The notes beneath the pieces are model-generated. The model saw only the letters and a program-made list of their open reading frames with translations. It searched no databases and had not been told where the DNA came from. 64,000 bases of DNA, from the NCBI GenBank assembly GCA_025360125.1, contig JANYCU010000012.1:25445-89444 (forward strand), given 5' to 3'. Below, piece after piece: positions 53,053-63,232 of the stretch. The DNA is from Armatimonadota bacterium. GTDB taxonomy: Bacteria; Armatimonadota; Fimbriimonadia; Fimbriimonadales; Fimbriimonadaceae. The first letter of the stretch is position 1. Every line of letters begins with the position of its first letter. Both the position numbers and the translations under genes were made by a program.

Positions 53053-55700
53053 TTCTTCTTCGGTGCGGCTCGCTTTGTTGTAGGTGCTTTCTTTTTAAAC
53101 GCTCCGCGCTTCTTTGTCGATGGTGGAGCGTCTCGTTTCTTCTGAAGCATCTCTGCCGCCTGCTCGTTCGTAAGTGAGAGCGGGTCAATTGACTTAGGAA
53201 TGGTTGCGTTTGTGACACCATCGGTCACGTAGGGACCGTAAAAGCCCGTCATGACTCTGACCGGACCAACACATCCCGCAATTTCTCCCATTTCTTTCAG
53301 TGCACCCTTCTTGGCGCCTCCGCCCGAGGTTTTTGGTTGGGCCAAAATCGCCTGAGCTTCTTCAAGGGTCATCGAGCCACCTTTGCGCCAATCTTCGACC
53401 GTCCGACGCTCCGTTCCGGCTTCAACATACGGGCCAAATTTGCCCATTTTGAACCAGACTTCGCTTGATCCGTCCTTGCCAATAAGGCGCGGATATCGAC
53501 AAAGCATGTCAATTTCAGCGGGAGTCAAATCCTGCGGAGCGATAGCGGGCGGAAGGGAAACCCATGTTGGCTTAACTTTCTTTTCGATCTCTTCAGGAGT
53601 CCGTTCGACCTCGATGTAATAACCTTGCCGGTGCTTCAGCAAGAGATTTCTGCCGGAATCAGGATGAACGCCGATCGTCTCGGAAGCTGGGGCCTTTTGG
53701 GCAAATAGCTCGTGAGCTTTCGCCAAGGTGAGGTCCGCCGGAGCCAAATCGTCCGGAATGTTCGCGTAAACCTTCTGTTCGCCAAGCTGGAGGAACGGGC
53801 TACCATCCTTTCCAGTTCGGACCCGAATATCTTCACCTGTTGCCTCATCCTTCCCAATTTGAAGATTAGGGAATGGAATTTGTAGCTTTCGCTCCTCAAC
53901 CATCGGCTTCAGTCCAGGTTTCGCGGCATCACCAATAAAGAATTCCTTAAGGTAATCCTTCGAATTTGATTTACCTTCGGAGATTTCGTCGAGCGTATCA
54001 TCCAGTCGTGCGGTGAATCCAAAGTCCATCAGCTCGTGGAAATGGACATCCAGGACTTCCATCGCCATGAAAGCTCGCCAGGTCGGTACCAGTTGTTTAC
54101 CTGCCTTGCGAACATAACCACGATCGACAATGACCGAAATGATCGAAGCGTAGGTTGACGGGCGACCAATGCCCAGTTCTTCAAGTTTTCGAATCAACGT
54201 GGCGTCATTGTAACGAGCGGGTGGCATCGTGTTGTGTTGAGACGGGTCGAGTTCGATAAGGTCAACTTCTTGCTTAGCCGTCATTCTTGGTAAGATTCGA
54301 TCGCCCTCGTCTTCCTCATCTTTGCCTTCCAAGTAAACGCTCAGATAACCCGGATCCAGCACTTGGCTTCCGTTGGCTTGGAACGTTAACTTCCCTTCGC
54401 TCGATTGAGATGTAATCTTTGCTTCGGTCCGCAAAAGCCGGGCTGGCTTCATTTGACAGGCAACTGTGCGTTGCCAAATTAGCGAGTAAATCTTATATTG
54501 GTCATCGGTCAAAAATCCCCGAATTTTGTCCGGAGATCGTGCCGCATCGGTGGGGCGAATTGCTTCGTGAGCCTCCTGGGCATTTTTGACTTTACTGGTG
54601 TACTTAACTGGCTTTTCGGTCTGCGCGTCTGGGTAATGCTTAGCAATATAACCTCGGACCGACCGTAGGGCATCTTCGGATAAGGTCAGGGAGTCCGTTC
54701 TCATATAAGAAATGAGACCAACCGTTTCGCCGCCAAGCTCAACGCCTTCGTAGAGGGTTTGGGCAATCCGCATCGTGCGGTCCGCGGCATACGAAAACTT
54801 TCGGTTCGCGTCCTGCTGCAAGGTCGTCGTCATAAACGGTGCTTGCGGCTTTTGTTGAGCTTCCTTTTCGGTCAGCGATTCAACAACATATGGTTTAGCC
54901 GCCTTAGCAGCGGTTGCCAATCCGGCAGCGGTTTTGCCATCAATCCACAATACATCGGACTTGCCGTGAAGCTTTCCGGTGTTCTCGTCAAAATCTCGGC
55001 CCAAAGCAACTCGTTGCCCGTCAACCTCAGTCAAATCTGCCTGAAACAAACCCGCCAAAACCTGAAACTTGGCCCGCAAGTCCCAATACTCAGCCGAGAC
55101 AAAATCTCGTCGCGCTTTTTCACGCTCAACGACGAGCTTCACGGCCGGGCTCTGGACTCGCCCCGCCGACAAATTCTTGGTAACTTTCGACCACAAGACT
55201 GGCGACAGTGTATAGCCGTACAGCCGATCGAGCATCCGCCTTGTTTCTTGGGCTTCGACCAAATCCAGATCAATATTCCGGGGCGAATTGATCGCCTTTT
55301 GAATCGCTTCCTTGGTGATTTCGTGGAAGGCGATACGAGACACTTTGACCTTTTTCGAAGGTTTGAGAATTTCGAGAAGGTGCCACGAAATGGCCTCTCC
55401 CTCTCGGTCTTCGTCAGTCGCGAGTACCAATTCCTCCTTGCCCTTCATTGCAGCCCGAAGTTTCGCGACCTGCGCCGCTTTCTCCTTTGGCACTTCGTAA
55501 AACGGCTCAAAGTTATTGTCAACGTCGATGCCAAAATCGGACCACCACATCTTCTTTATTTCAGGTGGAAGGTTCTTTCCGTTGGGTACTAAGTCCCGGA
55601 TGTGACCAATACTGGCCAGAACTTCATAGTCCTTGCCCAAATAGCTCCCAATTGTCTTAGCTTTGGCGGGTGATTCTACAATGACGAGTTTTGAAGCCAT
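53049..55700 (-). CDS. topA: DNA topoisomerase I with Cys-free C-terminal repeats and a Lys-rich tail
   Basis: TOPRIM (LVIVESPAKAKTI, ATDEDREGE) and the active-site region SYMRTDS. C-terminal GxxGPY repeats (KFGPYVE, FYGPYVT) and a KKRGAFKKKAPTTKRAAPKKK tail. Confidence 0.97.
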   Translation of the reverse strand: MASKLVIVESPAKAKTIGSYLGKDYEVLASIGHIRDLVPNGKNLPPEIKKMWWSDFGIDVDNNFEPFYEVPKEKAAQVAKLRAAMKGKEELVLATDEDREGEAISWHLLEILKPSKKVKVSRIAFHEITKEAIQKAINSPRNIDLDLVEAQETRRMLDRLYGYTLSPVLWSKVTKNLSAGRVQSPAVKLVVEREKARRDFVSAEYWDLRAKFQVLAGLFQADLTEVDGQRVALGRDFDENTGKLHGKSDVLWIDGKTAAGLATAAKAAKPYVVESLTEKEAQQKPQAPFMTTTLQQDANRKFSYAADRTMRIAQTLYEGVELGGETVGLISYMRTDSLTLSEDALRSVRGYIAKHYPDAQTEKPVKYTSKVKNAQEAHEAIRPTDAARSPDKIRGFLTDDQYKIYSLIWQRTVACQMKPARLLRTEAKITSQSSEGKLTFQANGSQVLDPGYLSVYLEGKDEEDEGDRILPRMTAKQEVDLIELDPSQHNTMPPARYNDATLIRKLEELGIGRPSTYASIISVIVDRGYVRKAGKQLVPTWRAFMAMEVLDVHFHELMDFGFTARLDDTLDEISEGKSNSKDYLKEFFIGDAAKPGLKPMVEERKLQIPFPNLQIGKDEATGEDIRVRTGKDGSPFLQLGEQKVYANIPDDLAPADLTLAKAHELFAQKAPASETIGVHPDSGRNLLLKHRQGYYIEVERTPEEIEKKVKPTWVSLPPAIAPQDLTPAEIDMLCRYPRLIGKDGSSEVWFKMGKFGPYVEAGTERRTVEDWRKGGSMTLEEAQAILAQPKTSGGGAKKGALKEMGEIAGCVGPVRVMTGFYGPYVTDGVTNATIPKSIDPLSLTNEQAAEMLQKKRDAPPSTKKRGAFKKKAPTTKRAAPKKK

Positions 55701-55836
55701 AAATAATCCAACAAGACAATACTTATCTTATCCAGGTAAATAATGCCCGTTCGAATTGGCAACTGTACCGCTTTTTCCTAAAACTTACCAAAAAAGTATT
55801 GAATGACAGGACTCCAATATACGTCTTACTTAAGGA

Positions 55837-57237
55837 ATGCTTCTCGCTGCTGTCCTTCCATTCGTGCCTATCTTCACATTCGAGGAGTCCTATTTCACGA
55901 TCTGGATGCAAGGCTCAAAGATCGGATATTCCGCTTTCTCAAGTTCACCAACAACCTTTAAAGGGTCGCCCGCAGAGAAAGCAACGACCCGAACCGAGAT
56001 CGATATTGAGCTCCTTGGCACGAGCGTCAAGATGTCTATCAACTCAGAAACCATTACGGTAAAAGGCAAACCTGTTCAAATGCACTTTGCTCAATCAAGT
56101 GCAGGAAGAACTCAAATTGTCGATGCCTGGTTCTCACCCGCTTCCATTCGAGTTGAAGCGAACAACAATGGAGCAAAGTCCAAAAAAATAATCACAACAC
56201 CAAAAGATGGCAACGTCGTGGACGACCCAGTCGCCGAATTTGCGCTTAAACCTCAAAAAGCTGGATCATCGATGGTGTTTTACGTGCTTGACCCTTCGAC
56301 CGTCACCCTCGTTCGCAACACCGCCAAGATGATCGGCAAGAAAGAAGTCGAAATCAAAGGTGTCAAAACGTCCGCCAACGCTTTCTCAATCGATGACAAG
56401 CGAATGAACACGACGGTGTATACCAGCGGAAAAGGCGATGTGATCCTTGTCCGTACCGCGCTTGCCTCCATCGATATGGATATGATGCCGTCAACCAAGG
56501 AAGAAGCCCTTGAGAAGTCGAACGGTACAGTTCCTGACATTGCGGACATGACTAGCGTCAAACCAGATCGCCCCATTAATCAGCCGCTCCACTTATCCAA
56601 GCTCAAATTGAAACTCAGCGGCGACAACTTGCCGACCATTCCCAGCGATTCGCAACAATCGGCTACCAAAACAAACGGCGAATGGACAATCGATATTAAT
56701 CCAACGCAACTGTCGACAGTCAAACCGATCAGCATTGCCAAGGCCAAACAGCAGAAACCCGAATGGGTCAAGCCGAGCATGTTGATCCCCGCTAACTCGC
56801 CCCGATTCATTGTGCTCGCTAAAGAAATCACGAAGGGAAAAACCGATGTAGCTTCGGCCGCCCTCGCTATCCGAGCGTATGTCAACACGAAAATGAAACC
56901 GAATGCGGGAATTGGAATTCTGAGAGATGCCTCAGAAGTTTTAGATGCAAAGGAAGGAGTTTGCCGGGATTACGCAATTCTAACTACATCCTTATGTCGA
57001 GCGGCCAATATTCCAGCGAGATTAGCCAGCGGTCTGGTTAACTTTGAAGGAAACTTTTATTATCACGCGTGGGTTGAAGTTTGGGCAGGACACGACTGGC
57101 TAGGATTGGATAGTGTGCCTCCTTCAGACTTTTTCTCGGCATCTCACGTAAAGTTAAGTCATGGGAACGTTGATGAGGCGTTTTCATTTACGATACTTGC
57201 AAACGCCCGAATGAAAGTAATCGAACAAAGGAATTAG
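55837..57237 (+). CDS. Transglutaminase-like domain protein
   Basis: GVCRDYAILTTSLCRAANIPARL...YHAWVEVW...D Cys-His-Asp core. Confidence 0.8.
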   Translation: MLLAAVLPFVPIFTFEESYFTIWMQGSKIGYSAFSSSPTTFKGSPAEKATTRTEIDIELLGTSVKMSINSETITVKGKPVQMHFAQSSAGRTQIVDAWFSPASIRVEANNNGAKSKKIITTPKDGNVVDDPVAEFALKPQKAGSSMVFYVLDPSTVTLVRNTAKMIGKKEVEIKGVKTSANAFSIDDKRMNTTVYTSGKGDVILVRTALASIDMDMMPSTKEEALEKSNGTVPDIADMTSVKPDRPINQPLHLSKLKLKLSGDNLPTIPSDSQQSATKTNGEWTIDINPTQLSTVKPISIAKAKQQKPEWVKPSMLIPANSPRFIVLAKEITKGKTDVASAALAIRAYVNTKMKPNAGIGILRDASEVLDAKEGVCRDYAILTTSLCRAANIPARLASGLVNFEGNFYYHAWVEVWAGHDWLGLDSVPPSDFFSASHVKLSHGNVDEAFSFTILANARMKVIEQRN

Positions 57238-57244
57238 GACCAAG

Positions 57245-58387
57245 ATGGAAAAACAAAAGCCGCGAACAAAGAATAGTAAAACAAAGAGTCTGTTCCAGAT
57301 TCTCATTTGCGGCGTTTTTGCAATTTTCGCAGCAACCATTTTAGGGCTTTCCGCTCCGACAATCGTCAATAATATAGGCCGACAGACCGTCGCAGACTTT
57401 GTCTTCGTTCCGCAGAGTGTCGGCACTTCCCTTCCATTTATAATTGCAGGAATTGTTGGCGGATGGTTCCTTGGATCGCTCCTCATTCGAGCTACTGAAA
57501 AATTTGGCAATCGCTGGGATCGAACCGATGATTCGGAAAAAATTACTTGGTTTGTGGGAATTCTGCTCGGTTTCATCGTCGCCACATTCTTCATTACGTT
57601 CCTCAATCAGTTCCCATTGTCGAAAACTATCGTTGCTCTCTTGGTCTTTGGCATAGCGATTCTATTTTCAACCTTCACAATTTACGCACTGCACTCTATG
57701 AAGGAGTCTTTGCCTTGGTACCGAGGAAAAATTAGAGCACGAAGAACGGGTCTGAAGATTCTTGACACCAACGTAATCATCGATGGCCGAGTTTATGACG
57801 TGGCCCGATCTGGGTTCATCGAAGGAAACGTTTACGTTCCTAAGTTCGTACTCGAGGAACTCCAATATATTGCGGATAGTCACGATGGCCTTCGCCGTCA
57901 ACGCGGAAAGCGAGGACTCGACATCCTCAAGCTCATGCAAGCAGAATTCGAAATCGAAGTTGGTATTCACGACCACTTGGCACCAGAGCAAGGCGATGGC
58001 GTCGATTCACGATTGGTCCGGCTAGCGATCGCGCTTGGCGGAGACCTTGTTACGAACGACCATAACCTTAACCGAGTTGCAACCCTCCAGGATGTCCGAG
58101 TATTGAATATCAACGACTTGGCTCTGTCGCTTCGCCCCAACGTTTTGCCCCAAGAGCATATGGAAATCTATATTGCTCGTGAAGGCAACCAAGGCGGACA
58201 AGGCGTCGGCTACCTCGAAGATGGCACCATGGTCATCGTCGAAAATGGTCGCGAACACATTGGTGAAACCATGGATGTCATGGTCACTCAGGTTATTCAA
58301 ACCGAACGAGGCAAGCTCATCTTTGCGGAAGTTGACGCGGTTGAGCCGACCAAAGCTCGTGTGAGTCCGCGAAAACCGAACCTATGA
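57245..58387 (+). CDS. PIN/TRAM domain membrane protein (YacL-like)
   Basis: Four N-terminal TM helices, a PIN domain (KILDTNVIIDGR...VPKFVLEELQ), and a C-terminal TRAM-like domain. Confidence 0.85.
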   Translation: MEKQKPRTKNSKTKSLFQILICGVFAIFAATILGLSAPTIVNNIGRQTVADFVFVPQSVGTSLPFIIAGIVGGWFLGSLLIRATEKFGNRWDRTDDSEKITWFVGILLGFIVATFFITFLNQFPLSKTIVALLVFGIAILFSTFTIYALHSMKESLPWYRGKIRARRTGLKILDTNVIIDGRVYDVARSGFIEGNVYVPKFVLEELQYIADSHDGLRRQRGKRGLDILKLMQAEFEIEVGIHDHLAPEQGDGVDSRLVRLAIALGGDLVTNDHNLNRVATLQDVRVLNINDLALSLRPNVLPQEHMEIYIAREGNQGGQGVGYLEDGTMVIVENGREHIGETMDVMVTQVIQTERGKLIFAEVDAVEPTKARVSPRKPNL

Positions 58388-59511
58388 AATTCGGAGCTGT
58401 CATCCTAGCTGCAGGCTCTGGCTCACGGTTTGGTCGTGACAAACTCGCGGTAAAACTTCGGGGAATTCCAGTTTGGAAACGCAGCTATCTCGCCTTCAAA
58501 GAGCATCCTGCCGTCGACCAGATGGTCATCGTCTGCTCCGAAAATAATTTCGCCGAAATCAAAAGCGAAGTCGGCGAAGATGCTGATGTGATCATGGGTG
58601 GAGACACCCGAACAGCAAGCACCATCGCGGGGCTCTGGAAGGCGTCACAAGTTGGATGTGACGCGGTCCTCTTTCATGATGCCGCGCGTCCGTTTGTCTC
58701 CAGCGAAGTCATTTCCCGTGTCATTGATGGAGTTAAGAATGGTAACGCAGTGGCGGCAGCGATTCCTTGTTCTGACACAATCAAGCTGAGTTCGAATACA
58801 AGAATTCAATCCCACCTCCGTCGGGATCAAGCAATTGCGATGCAGACACCGCAAGGGGGGCCAGTTTCGATCTTCGCCGATGCTTTTTCAAAAATCCACG
58901 AACCGACGACCGATGATATGGAACTCGTTAGCAAAGCCGGATACACTACCCATTGGGTGCCCGGGGACCCCAAGAACTTCAAAATCACTACCCCCGACGA
59001 CCTGGCCCGAGCAATTGTAATGATGGGATATGAACACCGAAGTGGAATTGGCTACGACATTCATCGGTTTTCAACCGATGCTTCCCGCCCCTGTTGGCTG
59101 GGCGGGGTTCTGTTCCCCGGCGAAGTTGGTCTCGATGGCCACTCCGATGCCGATGTTGTACTTCATGCGGCTGTAGACGCGCTACTGGGGGCAATCTCGG
59201 CGGGAGACATCGGTCAACTCTTCCCCAACACCGACATGGCCCACAGGGATCGGGCGTCTTCTGACTTTCTGATCGAAGCCGGACGATTGGTCGCCGAAGG
59301 TGGCTGGCAGATCGAAAACCTTGATATTGCAATCCAAGCAGAGAAACCAAAGATCATGCCGCGAGCATTCGAAATTCGGACCCGAATTGCTGAACTATTG
59401 AATATCGACCTCGACCGGGTGAGCGTTAAGGCGACCACGAACGAACGGATGGGTTCAATCGGTCGCGAAGAAGGCATTGCCGCATTCGCTATTTGTTCGA
59501 TTTCACGATAA
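58384..59511 (+). CDS. ispDF: Bifunctional IspD/IspF (MEP cytidylyltransferase / MEcPP synthase)
   Basis: N-terminal AVILAAGSGSRFG. C-terminal IGYDIHRF...GHSDADV.LHA..DA.LGA IspF motifs. Confidence 0.95.
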   Translation: MKFGAVILAAGSGSRFGRDKLAVKLRGIPVWKRSYLAFKEHPAVDQMVIVCSENNFAEIKSEVGEDADVIMGGDTRTASTIAGLWKASQVGCDAVLFHDAARPFVSSEVISRVIDGVKNGNAVAAAIPCSDTIKLSSNTRIQSHLRRDQAIAMQTPQGGPVSIFADAFSKIHEPTTDDMELVSKAGYTTHWVPGDPKNFKITTPDDLARAIVMMGYEHRSGIGYDIHRFSTDASRPCWLGGVLFPGEVGLDGHSDADVVLHAAVDALLGAISAGDIGQLFPNTDMAHRDRASSDFLIEAGRLVAEGGWQIENLDIAIQAEKPKIMPRAFEIRTRIAELLNIDLDRVSVKATTNERMGSIGREEGIAAFAICSISR

Positions 59512-59633
59512 ACGGGTGGCACTGATACGCGGCTAATTTCTATGCTCTATGAGCATTTCCGCCGAGCTTATCAGTGTTAAATCGACCTAGATACTCCTGG
59601 CGATGCGATTGGAACGCGTATCAGGGCCACCTA

Positions 59634-60236
59634 CTACGTAAAATCTTCTTGGCGCTCCAATACATGTTCAACCACTTGATCCATTATCCAATGATTGAGC
59701 TCCCCAGGATTCCTGAACAAGATCACATCGAATTCATTGTTGGCTTGATGCCATTGCCGCATCCGAACCCGCTTCCTGGCGAACGACTGACAGTGCCAAA
59801 CCAGGATCGACTTTCGCGAGAAGATCATTCGAAAAGATTCGACATTGCCGTTGCAGACCTCTTGCTTGTCGATCGCCCTCGCTAGAGTTCTCTTGAGGAG
59901 TTGCCAGAAGGTACGGCTGCGCGAATAATCCAGGCAAACAATCAGATCAACCCTTGGCAACACCAAATCCATCCACTTGGCATAGCCCGCATCCAATATC
60001 CACTCACTGCGACCGCAAATAGCTTCGATTCGCTCGCGCTGAACATCCAACGAAACAAAATCCCAGCCGGGATTCCACATCAAGGTGTCGACTTCGGTCC
60101 AAGCGATTCCGGTTAGATCGGACAGTCGACAAGCCGTGGTCGTCTTTCCTGAACCAGTTACGCCATATATAAGAATTCTTCGATAGGGACCCCGAACACC
60201 ACCAAGTTGCAACTGTTTTAGTGATTCGACCTCCAT
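59634..60236 (-). CDS. P-loop NTPase, adenylate-kinase-like (topology-modulation/FlaR-like)
   Basis: ILIYGVTGSGKTT Walker A. ATG 60236 is preferred, but the upstream 60320 start cannot be excluded. Confidence 0.7.
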   Translation of the reverse strand: MEVESLKQLQLGGVRGPYRRILIYGVTGSGKTTTACRLSDLTGIAWTEVDTLMWNPGWDFVSLDVQRERIEAICGRSEWILDAGYAKWMDLVLPRVDLIVCLDYSRSRTFWQLLKRTLARAIDKQEVCNGNVESFRMIFSRKSILVWHCQSFARKRVRMRQWHQANNEFDVILFRNPGELNHWIMDQVVEHVLERQEDFT

Positions 60237-60259
60237 ATCGACATATATAATACGATGCA

Positions 60260-60625
60260 ATGGACGCCCAAGCCGAAAAAGCTCTCGAAATCGCACGACG
60301 ATGCGCGATGGCCCTCCCATGCGCGACCGAAAAACTCAGTCACGGCGAGCCAACATGGTTTGTTGACGGCAAAAAATCGTTTGCATTGTTCTGCAATTAC
60401 CATCACGGCATGCGGCTGGGAATCTGGATGGCCGCTCCTCCAGGGATTCAAGAAATGCTGATCAAAAGCGACTCCGAGAGGTTCTATCGACCACCCTATG
60501 TCGGCCCTCGTGGCTGGATTGGCGTGAACTTGGACTCCGAAATCGACACTGAAGAACTCGCAGAATTACTCAAGGAAGCCTATCGCCACGTCGCTCCGCC
60601 GAAATATTTGAAAATGTTGGAGTAG
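60260..60625 (+). CDS. MmcQ/YjbR family DNA-binding protein
   Basis: About 120 aa with the characteristic LP.A.E....G.PTW.V.GK.FA pattern. Confidence 0.8.
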   Translation: MDAQAEKALEIARRCAMALPCATEKLSHGEPTWFVDGKKSFALFCNYHHGMRLGIWMAAPPGIQEMLIKSDSERFYRPPYVGPRGWIGVNLDSEIDTEELAELLKEAYRHVAPPKYLKMLE

Positions 60626-60691
60626 CTGGGTGGCTCAAAGCTCCCGATCTCTGGTCTCCGATCCCCCATCTCTATCCAAGTACAATAAGAC

Positions 60692-61168
60692 ATGAGCGAA
60701 GAACCGGAAAAGCCAAATCTGCCAACCGACGAGGAAATCGAAGCCCGATTTTCCAAGATTCGCGAAAACCTAACCGCGGACGTTGACGATGTCGACGACA
60801 AGTTAGAAGGAATCCTCAAGAACACCAAGGTAGATCGCCTCGACGAAAGTGAGCACGACGAATACTTATCAAAGCTTGACGAGATGGACGCCAAGCTCAA
60901 GCATGCCCGCGAAACTCAACAGAAGGCTCAGCCAAAGCACAACACCTTATCTGGCTCATTGGACCCAAAGTCAAGCGTCGCGATGGGAATGGGTCTATCG
61001 CTGGCATACACCATCATTGGCTCACCGATCGTCGGCTTCGGTGCCGGGCTCCTGATCAACAAAGCAACTGGTACCCAAGGCTGGCAGATCTGGATGACTT
61101 TAATCGGCTTCATGATCGGAATGGGCTATGTAGTGATGGTCCAAAAAAGACACGGAGACCGTTTCTAA
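60692..61168 (+). CDS. AtpZ-like (ATPase_gene1) membrane protein with a long acidic N-terminal extension
   Basis: The C-terminal two-helix hairpin (GMGLSLAYTIIGSPIVGFGAGLLIN...WMTLIGFMIGMGY) is typical of AtpZ. It sits at the head of the atp operon. Confidence 0.6.
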   Translation: MSEEPEKPNLPTDEEIEARFSKIRENLTADVDDVDDKLEGILKNTKVDRLDESEHDEYLSKLDEMDAKLKHARETQQKAQPKHNTLSGSLDPKSSVAMGMGLSLAYTIIGSPIVGFGAGLLINKATGTQGWQIWMTLIGFMIGMGYVVMVQKRHGDRF

Positions 61169-61170
61169 GT

Positions 61171-61488
61171 TTGCCAACCTTCAGCGTGCCATTTTTCTTG
61201 ATTGGACTACTGACCACGTCTTTGTTCGTCGCTGGAACCTGGCGAATGATATGTGCTCTTGGCAGTGCCAGCAAAAATCTTCCGGTTGAAGCCGCTCTCA
61301 ACTTCGTAATCGGCCTCAGCCTTAAGTTTCCCGCCGCATTCTTTGTCGTAAAAATCATAAAAACAACAAATACAGGGGAGCGTGATGGCGCAATTGCTGC
61401 GGCTTGCTTGGTATACTTCACCACCGTTGTTGGACTGGTATTTAACGGTTTTCGACAAAACAGCAAGATCGATGACGGACCTCTTTAA
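61171..61488 (+). CDS. atpI: ATP synthase protein I-like hydrophobic protein
   Basis: 105 aa with 3-4 TM helices, located between atpZ-like and atpB. TTG start. Confidence 0.5.
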   Translation: MPTFSVPFFLIGLLTTSLFVAGTWRMICALGSASKNLPVEAALNFVIGLSLKFPAAFFVVKIIKTTNTGERDGAIAAACLVYFTTVVGLVFNGFRQNSKIDDGPL

Positions 61489-62206
61489 ACCGACAAACCT
61501 GCCACTCGCGGAAGTACAATATGTATCTTTCTGGGGTTGGTTTATCTATTTGGCTTTTGTTCTGATTGTCATTTGGAGTTTCCTCTTCGCCGCGAAAAAG
61601 GGATACAACGGACGAGTTTTCGTTTCAATCTGGTCGCGACTTGCCGAACAGCTTTTCTTGTTCCTCGAATCGATGGTCCTTGGTGCGATCGGTCCTCACG
61701 GTCGAAAATATCTTCCGCTTGCCGCTGGATTCTGGACCCTCATCTTTGTCAGCAACGTGCTGGCTCTCTTCGCACCGGTTTCCCCCACGGTCGTCCTTAG
61801 CTTTAACCTAGGGCTGGCGCTTACTTCCATCGGTTACGTTCAATACGAAGGTATTCGAGCGAACGGCTTGTTTGGTCACGTTTCGCACTTTGCTGGTCCT
61901 AAACTGGGTGTCTGGTTGATTCCGATCACGTTGATGATCTTCGTCATCGAAATCTTCTCGGAGATCATGAAGAACATGTCGCTCAGTATTCGAATCTTTG
62001 CGAACATGAGTGGTGGCCACGCGGCAGTCGAATCGATGAACGAATTGATCAAGGTCGGTGGAATGGGCATCCCTCTTGGCGAATTCTTACTTCCTCTCAA
62101 GGTCTTGACGTGTGTCGTTCAAGCCCTGGTATTTACGCTTCTAACCTGCGTTTACCTCGGACTGGTCACCAGCCACGCTCATGACGAAGAGGCACACGCC
62201 CACTAA
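61472..62206 (+). CDS. atpB: F-type ATP synthase subunit a
   Basis: SLSIRIFANMSGGH (essential Arg region) plus the LLTCVYL helix. ATG 61472 is preferred over 61382. Confidence 0.93.
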   Translation: MTDLFKPTNLPLAEVQYVSFWGWFIYLAFVLIVIWSFLFAAKKGYNGRVFVSIWSRLAEQLFLFLESMVLGAIGPHGRKYLPLAAGFWTLIFVSNVLALFAPVSPTVVLSFNLGLALTSIGYVQYEGIRANGLFGHVSHFAGPKLGVWLIPITLMIFVIEIFSEIMKNMSLSIRIFANMSGGHAAVESMNELIKVGGMGIPLGEFLLPLKVLTCVVQALVFTLLTCVYLGLVTSHAHDEEAHAH

Positions 62207-62251
62207 AACGCTTTATAACTGCAGAACATATTTGGAGAAAACAAACAGAAA

Positions 62252-62452
62252 ATGAACCTAGTCGGAGTTGGAATTGGAATCGCTGGCGTCGGTATCGGTC
62301 TTGGATTGATCGGTAACGGTGCTCTGCAAGGAATGGCTCGACAGCCTGAGGCTATCGGAAAGCTTCAAGTTCAGATGCTGATCGCGCTCGCATTCGTCGA
62401 GCTGATGGGCTTCTTGACTATCTTTGCAACCAGCGGCTTCGTAGTCAAATAA
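62252..62452 (+). CDS. atpE: F-type ATP synthase subunit c
   Basis: 66-aa hairpin with GLIGNG...ARQPE loop and the AFVELMGF carboxylate helix. Confidence 0.95.
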   Translation: MNLVGVGIGIAGVGIGLGLIGNGALQGMARQPEAIGKLQVQMLIALAFVELMGFLTIFATSGFVVK

Positions 62453-62470
62453 GACCCTCAATCACTTTAT

Positions 62471-62497
62471 GCTGTCTCGATCTTTGGTCGAGACAGC
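62471..62497 (+). other. Intra-operon stem-loop between atpE and atpF
   Basis: GCTGTCTCGA-tctttgg-TCGAGACAGC is a perfect 10-bp stem. There is no T-tract, so it is more likely a processing/stability element than a full terminator. Confidence 0.4.
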
Positions 62498-62518
62498 ATC
62501 CTAACCTATTAACAGAAA

Positions 62519-63232
62519 ATGTCTCAAGATAACTCGAAATCGAAAGGAAGCGCTCTGATTGGCCTGATCGTTGGCATCGTCCTTATGGTCGGTGGCATGG
62601 TTGTCGACAAATCGTTGCACTTGCCGGAAGAAGAGTACAAAGCCAAAGTAGCGACCGCGGCTAAGGAAGCCAAGGAAACTGGTAAACCTGCCGAAAAGGT
62701 TGGTCGTTGGTCTCTTGCTCAGTTGAATGCTTTAGATGAGCAGGGTCTGCCAATCAACCCTGGTATTACCCTGGCGACGATCGGCGTTTTGCTGATTACG
62801 TTCCCTGCAATCGCAGCATTCTATACGGGACCATTGAAAGCATCTCTCGACGAGCGAAACGGCAATTTGGAATCAACGTTCCAAGAAGTCGAGTCGCTTC
62901 GAAATGAAATGACCGCAATGAAGTCCGATTACGAGAAGAAGCTCGCCACCAGCGAAGCAGACGCTCGTGAAAAGATCAATGCCCAAATCAAAGAGGCTCA
63001 AGCTCTTCGACAATCATTGATGGCCGAAGCTGCTTCCAAGTCAGACGCTCTGATCAAACAAGCTCAAGAAGAAATTGCCGGAGAGAAATCGAAAGCGCTT
63101 CGAGAGATTCAAGTTCACGTTACGGATATGGCCCTGCTCGCCGCCGAAAAGGTAGTTGGCAAGAACATGGACAACGACACGAACCGAAAGCTTGTCGCTG
63201 ACTTTATTAAAGATCTTGAGGTTGCGAAGTAA
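62519..63232 (+). CDS. atpF: F-type ATP synthase subunit b (long form)
   Basis: TM segments followed by a long charged coiled coil typical of subunit b. Operon position supports the call. Confidence 0.85.
   Translation: MSQDNSKSKGSALIGLIVGIVLMVGGMVVDKSLHLPEEEYKAKVATAAKEAKETGKPAEKVGRWSLAQLNALDEQGLPINPGITLATIGVLLITFPAIAAFYTGPLKASLDERNGNLESTFQEVESLRNEMTAMKSDYEKKLATSEADAREKINAQIKEAQALRQSLMAEAASKSDALIKQAQEEIAGEKSKALREIQVHVTDMALLAAEKVVGKNMDNDTNRKLVADFIKDLEVAK

Noticed and set aside
54759-55592. 277-aa plus-strand ORF inside the topA region.
   Set aside because: It is antisense to canonical topoisomerase I. The product is Arg/Leu/Phe-rich with no motif.
59574-59885. Plus-strand ORF with PLPHPNPLPGER, reminiscent of REP-encoded peptides.
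   Set aside because: It lies antisense within the P-loop NTPase gene, which has a clear Walker A motif.
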